From Dehalococcoidia bacterium (GTDB lineage Bacteria > Chloroflexota > Dehalococcoidia > Lucifugimonadales > UBA3495), in assembly GCA_965220095.1 (NCBI GenBank), contig CBDCPD010000004.1, forward strand, positions 36,582 to 100,581: a stretch of DNA of 64,000 nt. The letters run 5' to 3'. The translations under genes were made by a program, and so were the position numbers. A model generated the notes under the pieces. It worked only from the letters and a program-made list of their open reading frames with translations, was not told the DNA's origin and ran no database searches. Positions 37,703-50,156 of this stretch are shown in pieces. Every line of letters starts with the position of its first letter. Positions within the stretch are counted from its first letter, which is position 1.

Positions 37703-39392
37703 ACCGCTTCGGCGCAGATCAGCGAGTTGACGGTTCCCGTGGGGCGGACATCCAACAGCCTGAAGCCGGTGGCGGCTAATAACTCCTGAAACTCGCCTGC
37801 CGTACGCTCCCGACCTCCCGTCATGACCAGCATGTTGAGGTCCAACAGGCCGCCCGCGCCGGTGACGTCATCCAACTCCATCTCCACCACGTAGAGGCAA
37901 CCGCCGTCCGCCATGACCTCCCGGGCCCGACCGAGGATGCGCCGGGCGTCATCATCGGGCCAGTCGTGTAGCACCCGGGCCAGGATCACCGCGTCAGAGC
38001 GCACCGGCCATTTCCCGAAGACGTCACCGCCCACGAACCGACAGCGGTCACCAACGTCGTCAGGCGCCGAGAATAATTCCGCCACCTCGGGACGATCCAG
38101 CACCGTGGCCTTCAGTTTCGGAAAGGCCCGCAGCAGGGCGAGCGCCAACTCTCCCGTACCGCCGCCGGCGTCCAGGATAGCGTCGTGAACTCCGAAGTCC
38201 CAGATCCGCGGCAGAACGGCGTAGTCGTGCCTGGCGTAGGCGGCGTAGGCCCGGTGGCAGACGGCCAGTTCCGACGGCCGTTCGCCCAACCAGTCGAAGA
38301 GGCCTTGGTGATTCCCGGCGGGGAAGGCGGCGGCTCCGCTGCGCAGCGAGTTGGTAAGGTCGCGCCACGCGTCGTGGGCCAGCCCGCCCCAGTGGCGGGC
38401 CGCCGCCGCCAACGACAGGTCATGCTCCGAGTGCAGGTGGGCGCCCTTCGCGGTGGCATGATAAACGGCGGCTGGGTCCCGTCGCACCAGCCCCAATTCC
38501 AGCAGCGCCCGCAACAACCGTACCCCGTGGGACGGCGCCAAGCCCAGCGCAGCCTCCAGGTCTGCCGCCGACATCGGCAGCAGCTCGAACACCCCCAGTT
38601 CCGCCGCGGCGCGGATGGCGTGCGTCTTCCACAGGCCCACCATGTCCCGGGACAATTCCTCCAGTGACGACGAGGACGGCCCTCGGAGTTGCACGACTTC
38701 GTTTCCCCGCTCGTCGATGACACTCAGGGAACCGTCGTGGCCCTCCACCCGGGCCTGTCCGTTGTAGAAGGGTTCCACGGACCGGAAGCGGGCTTCATAG
38801 AGTGGACGACCCAACATATCAACGTGATACCAGCCTCGGGGGTCGGCAGCCCGGGCGTATCCCTTGTGAAATATGTCCAGGTCGCGGAACCATTTGCCGT
38901 GCAGCAACCTGCCGTTGGCGTCGATATGGGTGTGATCGCCGGAATCATTCTGCACCACGGCGTGGCCGTCCCTGAAGTCCCCGGCGTACCGGTAGCGTTC
39001 CCCGTAGGCCGGGGACCCGTCGGCGGCGATGTGAAAATAGCGGCCCGCGTCATCCCGCATCGGGCACCGGCCTTCCTGGAAATTGCCGCACCAGGCGTAG
39101 CGTTCCACGTAGAGTGGAGCGCCGTCCGGCCCAATGTGATGCCAGCCGCTGGCTGAATGCACCGCGGCAATGCCCTCATAGAACCCGAAGGTCCTGAGGT
39201 ATCGCTCCGGATAGGCCGGACTTCCGTCGGGAGTGATGTGGTAGGCGCCAGAGGCATCCAGCACCGGCGCCAGGCCGGGCGGATGGAACTTCAGCGCCTC
39301 GAGGAACCGGGGCCCATAGGCCGGACGGCCCCGGTGCAGATGGTGGGTCCCGTCGGCGGACACGGCGTATTCCCGCCACCGATCGGTCGTGA

Positions 39393-39396
<4 letters not shown>
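37699..39396 (-). CDS. WG-repeat (KWG-like) domain fused to class I SAM-dependent O-methyltransferase
   Basis: About 6 repeats of the pattern G.YHI..DG.P.Y..RY..A..F..G.A.V. These are followed by a winged-helix dimerisation region and LDAGGGTGELALAL...RVLHDWPDD. Start taken at MITTDRW, overlapping the upstream stop. Confidence 0.7.
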
Positions 39397-40462
<1,066 letters not shown>

Positions 40463-40466
<4 letters not shown>

Positions 40467-41773
40467 GCCGACCAGTCTCCCACCCGCAGGCTGGCGTAGA
40501 TCCGCTCGATCTCGCGCGAATGCTCGCCCATTTCCGGCACGTTGCCGTCGGCCGACTGCAGATAACCCCGGCCTCCCAGTTGACGAGCCCACTCCGGCGC
40601 GTCGACCAACCGCTGCATCTGTCGGGCCAGCGACACCGGATCCCGGTGATTGAAGAGCAGCCCGTTACGTTCGTGCCCCACGTATTCCGCCATGCCGCCG
40701 TAGTCCGCCGTGATTACCGGCACCCCAGCCTGCAGCGCCTCGTGAATCACCAGGGGTGAGTTTTCCGCCCAGATGGACGGCGCCACGACGGCGTCGCACC
40801 GGTCGAACACCTCCGGCACTATGTCCTGGTTCCGGTACTCACCCATCCACTCCACGCGGTCGCCGCCGTCGCCGGCCAACCCTGCGGCCAGCTGCTTCAG
40901 CCCGGCCGTCTCCACTCCCCGGTCCCTCCCCCAGATGCGCAGCCGGGACCGGCCCGAGAGATCGCCAAAGGCCTGGATGAGATGGTTCACCCCCTTGGCC
41001 GGAATGTGGGTGCCAATGTAGCCGAAGGTGAAAGCCTCATCCGGCCGTCTGCTCCGCCCGGTCAGCCGGTCCCGGTGAAAACCGTAGTCCAGGTAGGTCA
41101 GCTTGTCCTGGGGAATGCCGAAATCATCCCGGAACCGCTCCAGCAGGTAGCGGGCCGGCGCGATGAACAGATCCACCGCCTCTGACACCCGCCGCGCGTG
41201 GGCCATGCGCCGTCCCACCCAACCGGTCCAGTACGCGGCGTCCAGCTCGTACTCGTCTCCGTCATTGCCAAAGTAGCGACGATAACAGCGCACCGCGCAC
41301 TTGCGGTCGTCCTGACCGTCGCATACCGGCCACGGATCCTGGTCTCGATCGCCGTACATCTGGATGAACTGACCTCGGGGGCACATCAACCAGTAGTCGT
41401 GCAGCGTGAAGACCACCGGTATGCCCCGCTCCTTCGCCGGAAACACCAGCGAGGTGGACAGGTGGTTCAGGTGCCCCACGTGCACCACGTCGGGCTGGAG
41501 TTGGTCCAGCAAATCGGCGAATGCCTCGTCCACCGCCCGGTGGCGGTAGCCGTCCCGGGCCCGGGCCATGTTGATCAAGTGCAGCGCGATGCGCGGGTCC
41601 GCCGGGTCCGCCTCCCGCTGCAACGCGTACTCCGGCAGAAAGGCGTTTTCCTGCCGAGTGAACACGTGCACCTCGTTACGCTCCGCCAACGCCTGGCAAA
41701 GCCCCTGGGTGTACACCTCGGAACCGGCGTTGTACCGCATGGGGTAGCCGTGGATCACCTGAAGTATTTTCAT
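40463..41773 (-). CDS. Glycosyltransferase family 4 (GT-B)
   Basis: C-terminal EALQAGVPVITADYGGMAEYVGHERNGLLF (the E-x7-E region). Confidence 0.8.
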
Positions 41774-41934
41774 GGCTTCGGTTGCATTGGAGGCGCGGAC
41801 AAACGAACTGCGTCAATTATCCGTTGTGGCAGGGTCTGGCGCAACCGGCCCACGATCCTCACCGCCGCCGTCTCCGAGTTCAGCGAATCTCCCGGAATGG
41901 CCCGGACCGGCCTCACATCGGTCAGTTTGTCCAT
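41770..41934 (-). CDS. Unannotated 54-codon ORF translationally coupled (ATGA) to the GT4 gene
   Basis: Hand-translated: MDKLTDVRPVRAIPGDSLNSETAAVRIVGRLRQTLPQRIIDAVRLSAPPMQPKP. An in-frame TAG lies 9 nt upstream of the ATG. There is no clear RBS. Confidence 0.25.
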   Translation of the reverse strand: MDKLTDVRPVRAIPGDSLNSETAAVRIVGRLRQTLPQRIIDAVRLSAPPMQPKP

Positions 41935-42491
41935 GTATCCATTCTAACGCTTATCTTCGTGGCCTCCACCAACGTGCGCGCAACCGGAGACGTGTCAGGG
42001 CATTCGCTATCGAATCAGTCCGTCTCGGGCAGACGGAAGGGTATAACCAGGAGAATGACCACGATCACGCCGCTTGAATACGGGTCATTGATCTCGCCGG
42101 GAATGGCGGGCTGGAAGGGAGCTTATTGGAGTCGTCGAAGAGGACCTGACTTTCCCCCACGGCCCGGTTGCCGGCGATGGCGAAACCGCACAACCGACGG
42201 CGATTGAGGATGCGCTCGCCCATGGCCGGCTGGAAGCGCATATTGACCGGCTCAACGGACTCGGAGGAGATGTCGCTCACCATACCGGCGGACGATGTCG
42301 GGGTTGCCGACCGTCCCGATGGTTTTGTCGGCGCGGTTGGGCTGGTCATCGGTTGGATTGCAGCGTGGTTCGACCGGCTCACCACCTGTAGGGATTTTGC
42401 ATTGCTGACCGGGCGGTTGGCATATACTGGCTGGGTTATACGCCGGTTGGGACCGGCGGAATGCCGAATGCAACGGAGGTTGAGGTTTGGC

Positions 42492-43790
42492 GTGAAGATT
42501 ACAGTGATCGGACTGGGCTACGTGGGCACGGTGGCGGCAGCCTGCCTTTCGGATGCGAGCCACGACGTCACCGGCGTGGACATTGACTCGGACCGCATCG
42601 GGACCCTCTTAGCTGGGAAGGCCCCTTTTTTTGAGCCGGGACTGGAGGAATTGCTGCAAGCTTCCCTGGGCCAGGGACGGCTGCGGTTTGTGCATCGGGA
42701 TGGGTTTGCCGGGCCTTTGGGCGAGGTGGCGCTGGTCGCGACGGGCACGCCGCCAGGGGAGGAGGGAGCCGCCGACCTGAACCAGGTTTGGTCGGCGCTC
42801 ATGTGGATCAAAGAACGACCGTGCCGCGGTACGACGGCGGTGATGAAAAGCACCGTGCCGCCTGGAACGGGGCAGCGCGTGGCGGATCGCGAACTGAACG
42901 GGTTGGAGCTACGATACGTCTCCAACCCCGAGTTCTTGCGTGAGGGGCAGGCAATTCGAGATTGGCAGCATCCGGACCGTATCGTGATCGGCGCCAGGCC
43001 TGGGGATGCGCGGTCGGTGGACGTGGTGCAGGCGATGCACGCCGGCATTGACGCGCCCTGCATCGTCACCGACATCACCAGCGCGGAGATGGTGAAGTAC
43101 GCCAGCAACGCTTTTCTGGCGACGCGGATTTCGTTCATCAATGAGATCGCGTCGTTGTGCGAAAGGGTGGGCGCATCGATTGATGCGGTGAGCCAGGGAC
43201 TGGCGATGGACCCGCGAACTGGGGGCAGAATGTACGCCGGCGTGGGGTACGGCGGCTCCTGTTTTCCGAAGGACGTGCGCGCGTTGGACTACTTGGCCTT
43301 GACCACCGGCGTGAGCGTGGAGTTGCTGCGCTCGGTGGTCACGGTGAACAACCGCCAGCGTCTGCTGCCGCTCTACGCGTTGCGGGAACGGTTTGGCCAG
43401 GGCATCTCCGGCCTGCGGGTGGCCGTGCTGGGGCTGGCGTTCAAGCCGGATACGGACGACGTGAGGGAGGCGCCGGCGCTGGACCTGATTCGATCGCTCA
43501 CCGACGACGGGGCGCTGGTCAGCGCGTTCGACCCGCAGGCGAATGAAACTGCACGTCCCCATCTGCCGGCGTCGGTGCGCTTGACCAACGACCCGCTGGA
43601 GGCGACCAGCGGAGCTCAGGCGGTGGCGCTGATGACGGAGTGGAGTGAAATCACCGAAGCGGACTGGGAGGCCATCGCTCGGGGGATGCGTCCGCCCCGG
43701 TTCGTGTTTGACGGCAGAAATGCGCTGGACGCGACGTGCATGGAGGCGCTGGGGTTTGAATACACCGGGGTGGGACGTAACTTGCCCTAG
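42492..43790 (+). CDS. UDP-glucose/GDP-mannose 6-dehydrogenase family protein
   Basis: GTG start giving VKITVIGLGYVGTVAAACL; GGSCFPKDV catalytic Cys motif. Confidence 0.8.
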   Translation: MKITVIGLGYVGTVAAACLSDASHDVTGVDIDSDRIGTLLAGKAPFFEPGLEELLQASLGQGRLRFVHRDGFAGPLGEVALVATGTPPGEEGAADLNQVWSALMWIKERPCRGTTAVMKSTVPPGTGQRVADRELNGLELRYVSNPEFLREGQAIRDWQHPDRIVIGARPGDARSVDVVQAMHAGIDAPCIVTDITSAEMVKYASNAFLATRISFINEIASLCERVGASIDAVSQGLAMDPRTGGRMYAGVGYGGSCFPKDVRALDYLALTTGVSVELLRSVVTVNNRQRLLPLYALRERFGQGISGLRVAVLGLAFKPDTDDVREAPALDLIRSLTDDGALVSAFDPQANETARPHLPASVRLTNDPLEATSGAQAVALMTEWSEITEADWEAIARGMRPPRFVFDGRNALDATCMEALGFEYTGVGRNLP

Positions 43791-44092
43791 ACTGGGCTAT
43801 ATTCGTTAAGTCTGCGGTACAGATTGGACGGGGTTTCCTGAATGTCTCAGTTAGGCATCTGACAGTAAGAACCCTCGGGCCTCAGCCACCAGTAGCACCC
43901 CACTAACGGGTTCATATTGCAGATGGCGTCCATTGGCTCGGCGGCGACCTTGTTGGCGGGTCGCATAGCCTACCATGCGGGGACGTTGGCATTGGCAAGG
44001 CTGGTGAGCCTGATGGCTTGACCCTGTGGTGGTGGGTGACTAGCATGATGCCTCATAGTGGTGCGGCAAGCGCATCATATAGAGGTGGCAAT

Positions 44093-44356
44093 GTGAACCA
44101 GCTGACGGTCCGAGGCTTTGATGACGAACTAGCGGAACGTATCCGCCGCCTGGCGAAGCGGGACGGGACGTCGCTGAATCAGGCAGCGGTGAAACTGCTG
44201 CGCAAGGGAGCCGGCCTGGCTGATCCGGGCCAAGGACCCGATACGGTAGGCTCCTCGCTGGATCACCTGATCGGCACTTGGAGCGACGATGAGGCCGCCG
44301 AGTTGGACGCCGCACTTGAGGAGTTAGAGGTCATCGACGAGGCCGCCTGGCGATGA
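44093..44356 (+). CDS. vapB: Ribbon-helix-helix antitoxin (VapB/FitA-like)
   Basis: VNQLTVRGFDDELAERIRRLAKRDGTSLNQAAVKLL. It overlaps vapC by 4 nt. Confidence 0.7.
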   Translation: MNQLTVRGFDDELAERIRRLAKRDGTSLNQAAVKLLRKGAGLADPGQGPDTVGSSLDHLIGTWSDDEAAELDAALEELEVIDEAAWR

Positions 44357-44754
44357 GGGTCCTGCTGGATTCCAACGCCTACTCACGGTTGATGCGAGGC
44401 GATGACCAGACCGCGGCGGTGGTGCGGGACGCCACCGAGGTTCTGATGTCTGCCGTGGTCATCGGCGAATTGCTCTACGGCTTCCGGAACGGCTCGCGTT
44501 TCGATCGAAACGCCACCGACCTCCGGTCTTTCCTGGACAACCCCTACGTGTCCTTCGTGCCGGTGGGCCCCGTAACCGCCGACCGGTATTCCCGGATTGC
44601 CGCGGGGCTCAGGGCCAAGGGCAATCCCATCCCCACCAACGACGTGTGGATCGCGGCCCACGCCATGGAAACGGGGGCTGATCTGGTGTCGGCGGACCGG
44701 CACTTCGAAGCTGTGGACGGCATCGCCTGGCTGCGGCTGGCCAACCAGAGATGA
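44353..44754 (+). CDS. vapC: PIN-domain toxin VapC
   Basis: MRVLLDSNAY..., NDVWIAAHAMETGADLVSADRHF. Confidence 0.8.
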   Translation: MRVLLDSNAYSRLMRGDDQTAAVVRDATEVLMSAVVIGELLYGFRNGSRFDRNATDLRSFLDNPYVSFVPVGPVTADRYSRIAAGLRAKGNPIPTNDVWIAAHAMETGADLVSADRHFEAVDGIAWLRLANQR

Positions 44755-44791
44755 AAATGACGACGCCAACCCACGGGACCAGCAGGGCGAC

Positions 44792-47700
44792 ATGGCCACC
44801 GCGGGCATGAAACCTGCACGGAGCGATTCGTCTCCTGCCACGGGCAGCGTTGGAAGCGCCCTGGCGCGCTGCCTGTCGCTGGACCTGGAGGTCGGCAGGG
44901 CGGACGACCGGATTCACGCCCTGGCCGGCGTGCGGCCGGATACAGGTCAAAAGGTGACCATACCGCGGGTTGGTCGGAACCTAGGCCAGGCGTTGGCCAG
45001 GCTGGATGAGCTGGCCGACGGCGCGGACTTCGTGCTGGGCCACAACCTGATAGATTTTGACCTGCCCCACCTGCGAGCCGCAGATCCCGACCTGCCACTG
45101 CTGGACCTGCCGGCAGTGGACACGCTCCGGCTCAATCCCCTGGCCTTCCCCCGCAACCCGTATCACTATCTGGTGAAGCATTACCAGGACGGATCGCTGC
45201 GGCGGGGACGCCGGAACGACCCCGAGCTGGACGCCAGGCTCGTCCTGGAGGTATTCGCCGACCAGCAGAGGGCGTTTCACGAGGCGGACCCGGACCTGCT
45301 CACGGCCTGGCACTGGTTGACCAGCGCGAACAGCGGCATCGGGTTCGACCGGTGCTTTGCCCACCTGAGACAGGCGCTGCGGCCGTCTGATGGGGAAGCG
45401 TATGCGGCCATTGAACGTCGTCTCACCGGGGCGTCGTGCCGGACGCAAACCCGGGCGGCGATGGATGACGCCGGGCAGCATCCGTGGGAGCTGGCCTACG
45501 CGTTGGCATGGTTGTCGGTGGCCGGGAGCAATTCGGTGATGCCGCCCTGGGTGCGGCACCAGTTTCCCGAGGCGGGGCGGTTGGTGCGTCGGCTGCGGGA
45601 CAACGCCTGCAATGATAACGAGTGCGGTTGGTGCCGGGAGCGGCACGATGCCTACGGCGAACTGTCTCGCTGGTTCGGTTTCGATGACTTCCGACCCAGG
45701 CCCGCGGGAGAAGATGGCCGGCCACTGCAGCAGGGCATCGTCGAGGCGGCCATGGGTGGTGAGCATGTGCTGGGGATCCTGCCCACCGGCGCGGGCAAGT
45801 CGCTGTGCTACCAATTGCCGGCGTTGTCGCGCTACGACAAGACCGGCGCCCTGACGGTGGTGATCTCCCCCCTGGTGGCCCTGATGGCCGACCAGGTGGC
45901 GGGCCTGGAGTCCCGCGGCATCGGTTCCTGCGTCACCGTCAACGGCCTCCTGTCCATGCCGGAGCGTGCCAACGCGCTGGAGCGGGTGCGCCTGGGAGAC
46001 GCCGGCATTCTCATCATCTCACCGGAGCAGCTGCGCAGCGTGTCCCTGCGGCGGGTGCTGGACCAACGGGAGATCGGCTGTTGGGTTCTGGACGAGGCTC
46101 ACTGCCTCTCCAGGTGGGGACATGATTTCCGGCCCGACTATCGCTACGTGGGTCGCTTCATCCGGGAGAGGGCCGGCGATGATCCCGTGCCGCCGGTGCT
46201 GTGCCTCACCGCCACCGCCAAGCCCGACGTGAAGGCCGAAATCACCGACTATTTCCAGGAGGAGCTGGGCATCGAGCTCAAAGTGTTCGACGGCGGGTCA
46301 AGACGCACCAATTTGGAGTTCGTGGTGGTGCCCACCCGCGGCTCGGCCAAGTTCGACGACATCTACGGACTGCTGCAGGAAGATCTGCCGGACCACGTGC
46401 CGGGCGGCGCCATCATCTACTGCGCCACCCGCCGGCACAGCGAGGAGGTGGCCCAGTTCCTGCAGGAGAAGGGCGTAACGGCCGACTACTTCCACGCGGG
46501 GCTGCCGCCGGAGACCAAGAAGAACGTCCAGAAGAGCTTCATCAACGGTGGCCTGCGGGCCATCGCCGCCACCAACGCCTTCGGCATGGGCATCGACAAG
46601 CCCGACGTGCGCCTCGTGATCCACGCTGATATTCCCGGATCCCTGGAGAACTACCTGCAGGAGGCGGGTCGGGCGGGCCGGGACCAGCAGGCGGCCCGGT
46701 GCGTGCTGCTCTACGCTCAGGACGACGTGGAGCGGCAGTTCGGGATGTCGGCCCGCTCCCGGTTGAGCCGGCGGGAGATTCACGGCGTGCTGCGGGCGCT
46801 GCGGAACCTGGACCGGAAGAAGCGTCTGAATGGTGAGGTGGTGGCCACCGCCGGCGAGATCCTGCGGGAGGATGATGAGGGCGTGTTCGAGCGGGATTCC
46901 GCCACCGACGACACCCGGGTACGCACCGCGGTGGCCTGGCTGGAGGAGGCGGTGCTGCTCACCAGGGAGGAGAACCGGGTGCAGCTGTTCCCGTCGTCCC
47001 TGCAGGTCGCCAAATTGGAGGACGCCCAGGCGCGCCTGGAGCGGGTGAACGTCGGGGCCGTGTACCGGGAACAGCTGCTGACCATCTGCCAGGCGCTGTT
47101 CGACGCGGATGCGGACGATGGCATATCCACCGACGAGCTGATGGCTGCGTCGGGCCTCACGCCCGAGGGGGTGCGGAAGGCGCTCCACGACCTGGAGGGG
47201 TTGGGGATCGCTCGCAACGATACGGCGATCACGGCCTTCGTCCACGAGGGGGTGGAGCGTGGTTCACGGCGGCGTTTCCAGCAGGCGGCGGACCTGGAGC
47301 AGGGCGTGATCAACCTCATGCGAGAGCGGGCGCCCGACCAGGCGAGGGGTGAGATGTTCCCGCTGCATCTCCGCAACGCGACCCAGGAGCTCAGGGATGA
47401 GGGACATTCCCACGCGCTGCCGGAGTTGGTGCGGGGCATCGTGCGCAGCATCGCCGCCGACGGGCGGGGCGAGGGTGGCGGTGGGGGAAGCCTGGGACTG
47501 CGCGGGCGGGACCGGGAAATGGTGCAGGTGACGCTGCAGCGGGACTGGGGATCATTGGCGAAGACCGCGGAGTTGCGTCGCACCGCCGCGGGGTTGCTGC
47601 TTGATCATTTGCGTGCCACGCTGCCTCGGGGCATACGGGGCACCGACCTGCTGGCCGAGACCACCATGGGCAACCTGCTGTCGGCAGTCAAGTCGGACCT

Positions 47701-49948
47701 GGTCCTGAACGGTCAGATCAGGCATCCCGACCGGTTGATGGACCGGGCCCTGCTGTGGCTGCACGAACAGGAGGTCATACGGTTGAACAAGGGCCTGGCT
47801 GTGTTTCGGCCGGCCATGACCATCCTGCTGAAGCCGGAACGCCGCGGCTTCGCCCAGGCGGACTTCGCCTCCCTGCAGCTCCACTACGACGAACAGGTGC
47901 GGCAGATCCACGTGATGGCAGAATACGCCCATCATGGCCTGCGGCCCACGGCCGACCATCTGAATCTCGCCATGGACTACTTCAGCCTGTCCGAGGAGGA
48001 GTTCCTGGAACGCTGGTTGCCCGACCGGGACCGTGAGTTGGCCCGTCAGACCACGCCCGAGTCGTGGCGAACCATCGTGGAGAGCCTGAACAATCCGATC
48101 CAGCGGCGCATCGTGGCCGACGACCGGGAGCAGACCAACGTGCTGGTGCTGGCCGGACCCGGCTCAGGGAAGACCCGGGTGCTGGTGCACCGGATCGCCT
48201 ACCTGGTCAGGGTGAGACGGGAGAACCCCCGGGGCATCCTGGCCCTGGCCTACAACCGTCATGCCGCGGTGGAAATCAGACGCCGCCTGGCCGACCTCAT
48301 CGGCGACGATGCCAGGGGGGTGACGGTGCTCACCTGCCATGCGCTGGCAATGCGGCTGGTGGGCGCCAGTTTCGCTGGACGTGCCAATCGCCTTGAACAG
48401 GATGATTTCCACGAGGTGATGCGGCAGGCGGTGGCGCTGCTGCGGGGCCAGGGGTTGCCGCCCGAGGAAGCGGACGAGCATCGGGAGCGACTGCTGGCCG
48501 GTTTTCGCTGGATACTGGTGGACGAGTACCAGGACATCGGACCCGAGCAGTATGAGCTGATTGCCGCCCTGGCCGGCCGGACCCTGTCGGAAGCCGATGA
48601 CAGACTCGGCCTCTTTGCAGTGGGCGACGACGACCAGAACATCTACGCCTTCAACGGGTCGTCCACGGAGTTCATCCGCCGCTTCGAGGCGGACTACGGG
48701 GCCAGGCCGTCCTATCTGACCGACAACTACCGGTCCACCGCCAACATCATAACGTCGGCCAACGCGGTGATCGAGCCAGCGAATCTGCGGATGAAGGAGG
48801 GGCATCCCATCGCCATCAACCGGACGCGGGCGCAGGATCCGCCCGGCGGCGACTGGACCATGCTTGACTCGGTGGCCCAGGGACGGGTGCAGATACTGCC
48901 CGCTGGCGGCACCCCCATATCCCAGGCGCAGGCGGCCGTGGCCGAGTTGAAACGACTGTCCGAGCGTGTGGCAGACTGGGATTGGTCGACCTGCGCGGTG
49001 GTGGCGCGAGACTGGAGCCACTTGGACCCGGTGCGCAGCCTGTGCGAACTGGAAGATATTCCGGTGCAGATGGCCAACGAGGAGTTCACCGGCGTGTGGC
49101 ACCTGCGGGAAACTAGAGCCCTGGTGAAATGGCTCAGAGGACGAGGTTCCCGCCTGGTGGCCAGCGCCGAAGTCGAGACGTGGCTGGCCGGTCAGGTAAC
49201 CAATCACTGGATTGAGTTGCTGCGGGAAGCCGCGGCCGAGTACGCGCTGGAAACCGGTGGTTCAGAGACTCCGGTGGACGGCTTCATCGAATGGCTGGCC
49301 GAGTGGGGCCGGGAGGTCCGTCGCCGCCAGCGTGGACTGCTGTTGCTGACCGCGCACCGGGCCAAGGGGCTGGAGTTTGACCATGTGGTGGTCCTCGACG
49401 GCAGTTGGGATCGCATCGGAAAGGGTGAGGATGCGGACGCGCCGCGGCGGCTCTACTACGTGGCCATGACCCGTGCCAGGCAGACCCTCACGCTCATGCG
49501 CCTGCCCGGGCCGCGCCCCTTCCAGGATGCACTGTCGGGCGCGCCCTCGACGTTACTCCGGAGGGATCCCGTAGCCCTCCCGCCGCCGGCGCCGGAACTG
49601 GCGCGTCGCTACCAACGTCTCAGCCTGCGCGACGTCTTCCTCGGGTTCGCAGGGTACCGAGATCCTGACCATCTGGTGCACAAAGCCATCGCCGCGCTCA
49701 CGCCCGGAGACCCCTTGCGGGTAGGTTCAGGCGGCGACCGGTGGAACCTATTGGACCGCAACGGTGTAGTTGTCGGGCGATTGGCGCGAGGCTTCAAGGC
49801 TCCGGCCGGAATGCGTTGCGTCTCTGCCACTGTCCTGGCGGTCGTCAACTGGGACCGGGAGAAGTCGGAGTCGCAGTACCGGGATGGTCTTCGCAGCGAT
49901 TCTTGGGAGGTGGTGGTGCCGGAGCTGGTGTTCGAGCCGGATTCGTAA
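44792..49948 (+). CDS. Giant fusion protein: DEDD (DnaQ-like) 3'-5' exonuclease + RecQ-family helicase + UvrD/PcrA-family helicase (about 1718 aa)
   Basis: Exonuclease motifs: SLDLEV (about 44876), GHNLIDFDLPHL (about 45038). RecQ core: PTGAGKSLCYQLP (about 45780), DEAHCLSRWGHDFRPDY (about 46091). UvrD part: AGPGSGKTRVL (about 48150), LVDEYQDIGPEQ (about 48516), LYYVAMTRARQTL (about 49450). Start taken at the first ATG after the vapC stop. Confidence 0.8.
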   Translation: MATAGMKPARSDSSPATGSVGSALARCLSLDLEVGRADDRIHALAGVRPDTGQKVTIPRVGRNLGQALARLDELADGADFVLGHNLIDFDLPHLRAADPDLPLLDLPAVDTLRLNPLAFPRNPYHYLVKHYQDGSLRRGRRNDPELDARLVLEVFADQQRAFHEADPDLLTAWHWLTSANSGIGFDRCFAHLRQALRPSDGEAYAAIERRLTGASCRTQTRAAMDDAGQHPWELAYALAWLSVAGSNSVMPPWVRHQFPEAGRLVRRLRDNACNDNECGWCRERHDAYGELSRWFGFDDFRPRPAGEDGRPLQQGIVEAAMGGEHVLGILPTGAGKSLCYQLPALSRYDKTGALTVVISPLVALMADQVAGLESRGIGSCVTVNGLLSMPERANALERVRLGDAGILIISPEQLRSVSLRRVLDQREIGCWVLDEAHCLSRWGHDFRPDYRYVGRFIRERAGDDPVPPVLCLTATAKPDVKAEITDYFQEELGIELKVFDGGSRRTNLEFVVVPTRGSAKFDDIYGLLQEDLPDHVPGGAIIYCATRRHSEEVAQFLQEKGVTADYFHAGLPPETKKNVQKSFINGGLRAIAATNAFGMGIDKPDVRLVIHADIPGSLENYLQEAGRAGRDQQAARCVLLYAQDDVERQFGMSARSRLSRREIHGVLRALRNLDRKKRLNGEVVATAGEILREDDEGVFERDSATDDTRVRTAVAWLEEAVLLTREENRVQLFPSSLQVAKLEDAQARLERVNVGAVYREQLLTICQALFDADADDGISTDELMAASGLTPEGVRKALHDLEGLGIARNDTAITAFVHEGVERGSRRRFQQAADLEQGVINLMRERAPDQARGEMFPLHLRNATQELRDEGHSHALPELVRGIVRSIAADGRGEGGGGGSLGLRGRDREMVQVTLQRDWGSLAKTAELRRTAAGLLLDHLRATLPRGIRGTDLLAETTMGNLLSAVKSDLVLNGQIRHPDRLMDRALLWLHEQEVIRLNKGLAVFRPAMTILLKPERRGFAQADFASLQLHYDEQVRQIHVMAEYAHHGLRPTADHLNLAMDYFSLSEEEFLERWLPDRDRELARQTTPESWRTIVESLNNPIQRRIVADDREQTNVLVLAGPGSGKTRVLVHRIAYLVRVRRENPRGILALAYNRHAAVEIRRRLADLIGDDARGVTVLTCHALAMRLVGASFAGRANRLEQDDFHEVMRQAVALLRGQGLPPEEADEHRERLLAGFRWILVDEYQDIGPEQYELIAALAGRTLSEADDRLGLFAVGDDDQNIYAFNGSSTEFIRRFEADYGARPSYLTDNYRSTANIITSANAVIEPANLRMKEGHPIAINRTRAQDPPGGDWTMLDSVAQGRVQILPAGGTPISQAQAAVAELKRLSERVADWDWSTCAVVARDWSHLDPVRSLCELEDIPVQMANEEFTGVWHLRETRALVKWLRGRGSRLVASAEVETWLAGQVTNHWIELLREAAAEYALETGGSETPVDGFIEWLAEWGREVRRRQRGLLLLTAHRAKGLEFDHVVVLDGSWDRIGKGEDADAPRRLYYVAMTRARQTLTLMRLPGPRPFQDALSGAPSTLLRRDPVALPPPAPELARRYQRLSLRDVFLGFAGYRDPDHLVHKAIAALTPGDPLRVGSGGDRWNLLDRNGVVVGRLARGFKAPAGMRCVSATVLAVVNWDREKSESQYRDGLRSDSWEVVVPELVFEPDS

Positions 49949-50156
49949 ACGCGGCGGAATGGGTCGCGCCACTTGTGCATCCGATGGTTCCAGCGACGGG
50001 ATGGCTGCTAATGACGTGGTGTAATCCGCCAGCAGGCTATGCTTACACGGACGTTTTACGTCATGACCTTGGGCGAACCAACGCGGGTGTCAAAACGGGT
50101 TGAATTGAACCTTCTTCAATCGCCCGGAGCCAAACCTAGGAAGGAGAGCGACAACA

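Noticed and set aside
42065-42385. Minus-strand ORF whose segment AGMVSDISSESVEPVNMRF...IAGNRAVGESQV vaguely resembles the C-terminus of hexapeptide-repeat acetyltransferases.
   Set aside because: The similarity is weak and patchy with no hexapeptide periodicity. It overlaps the leader of the UDP-glucose dehydrogenase ORF. At most it is a decayed remnant.
44044-44078. Short inverted repeat catgatgc ... gcatcata upstream of vapB, as a possible operator.
   Set aside because: Only 7 of 8 bp pair and the spacing is about 20 bp. This is not distinguishable from chance without comparative data.
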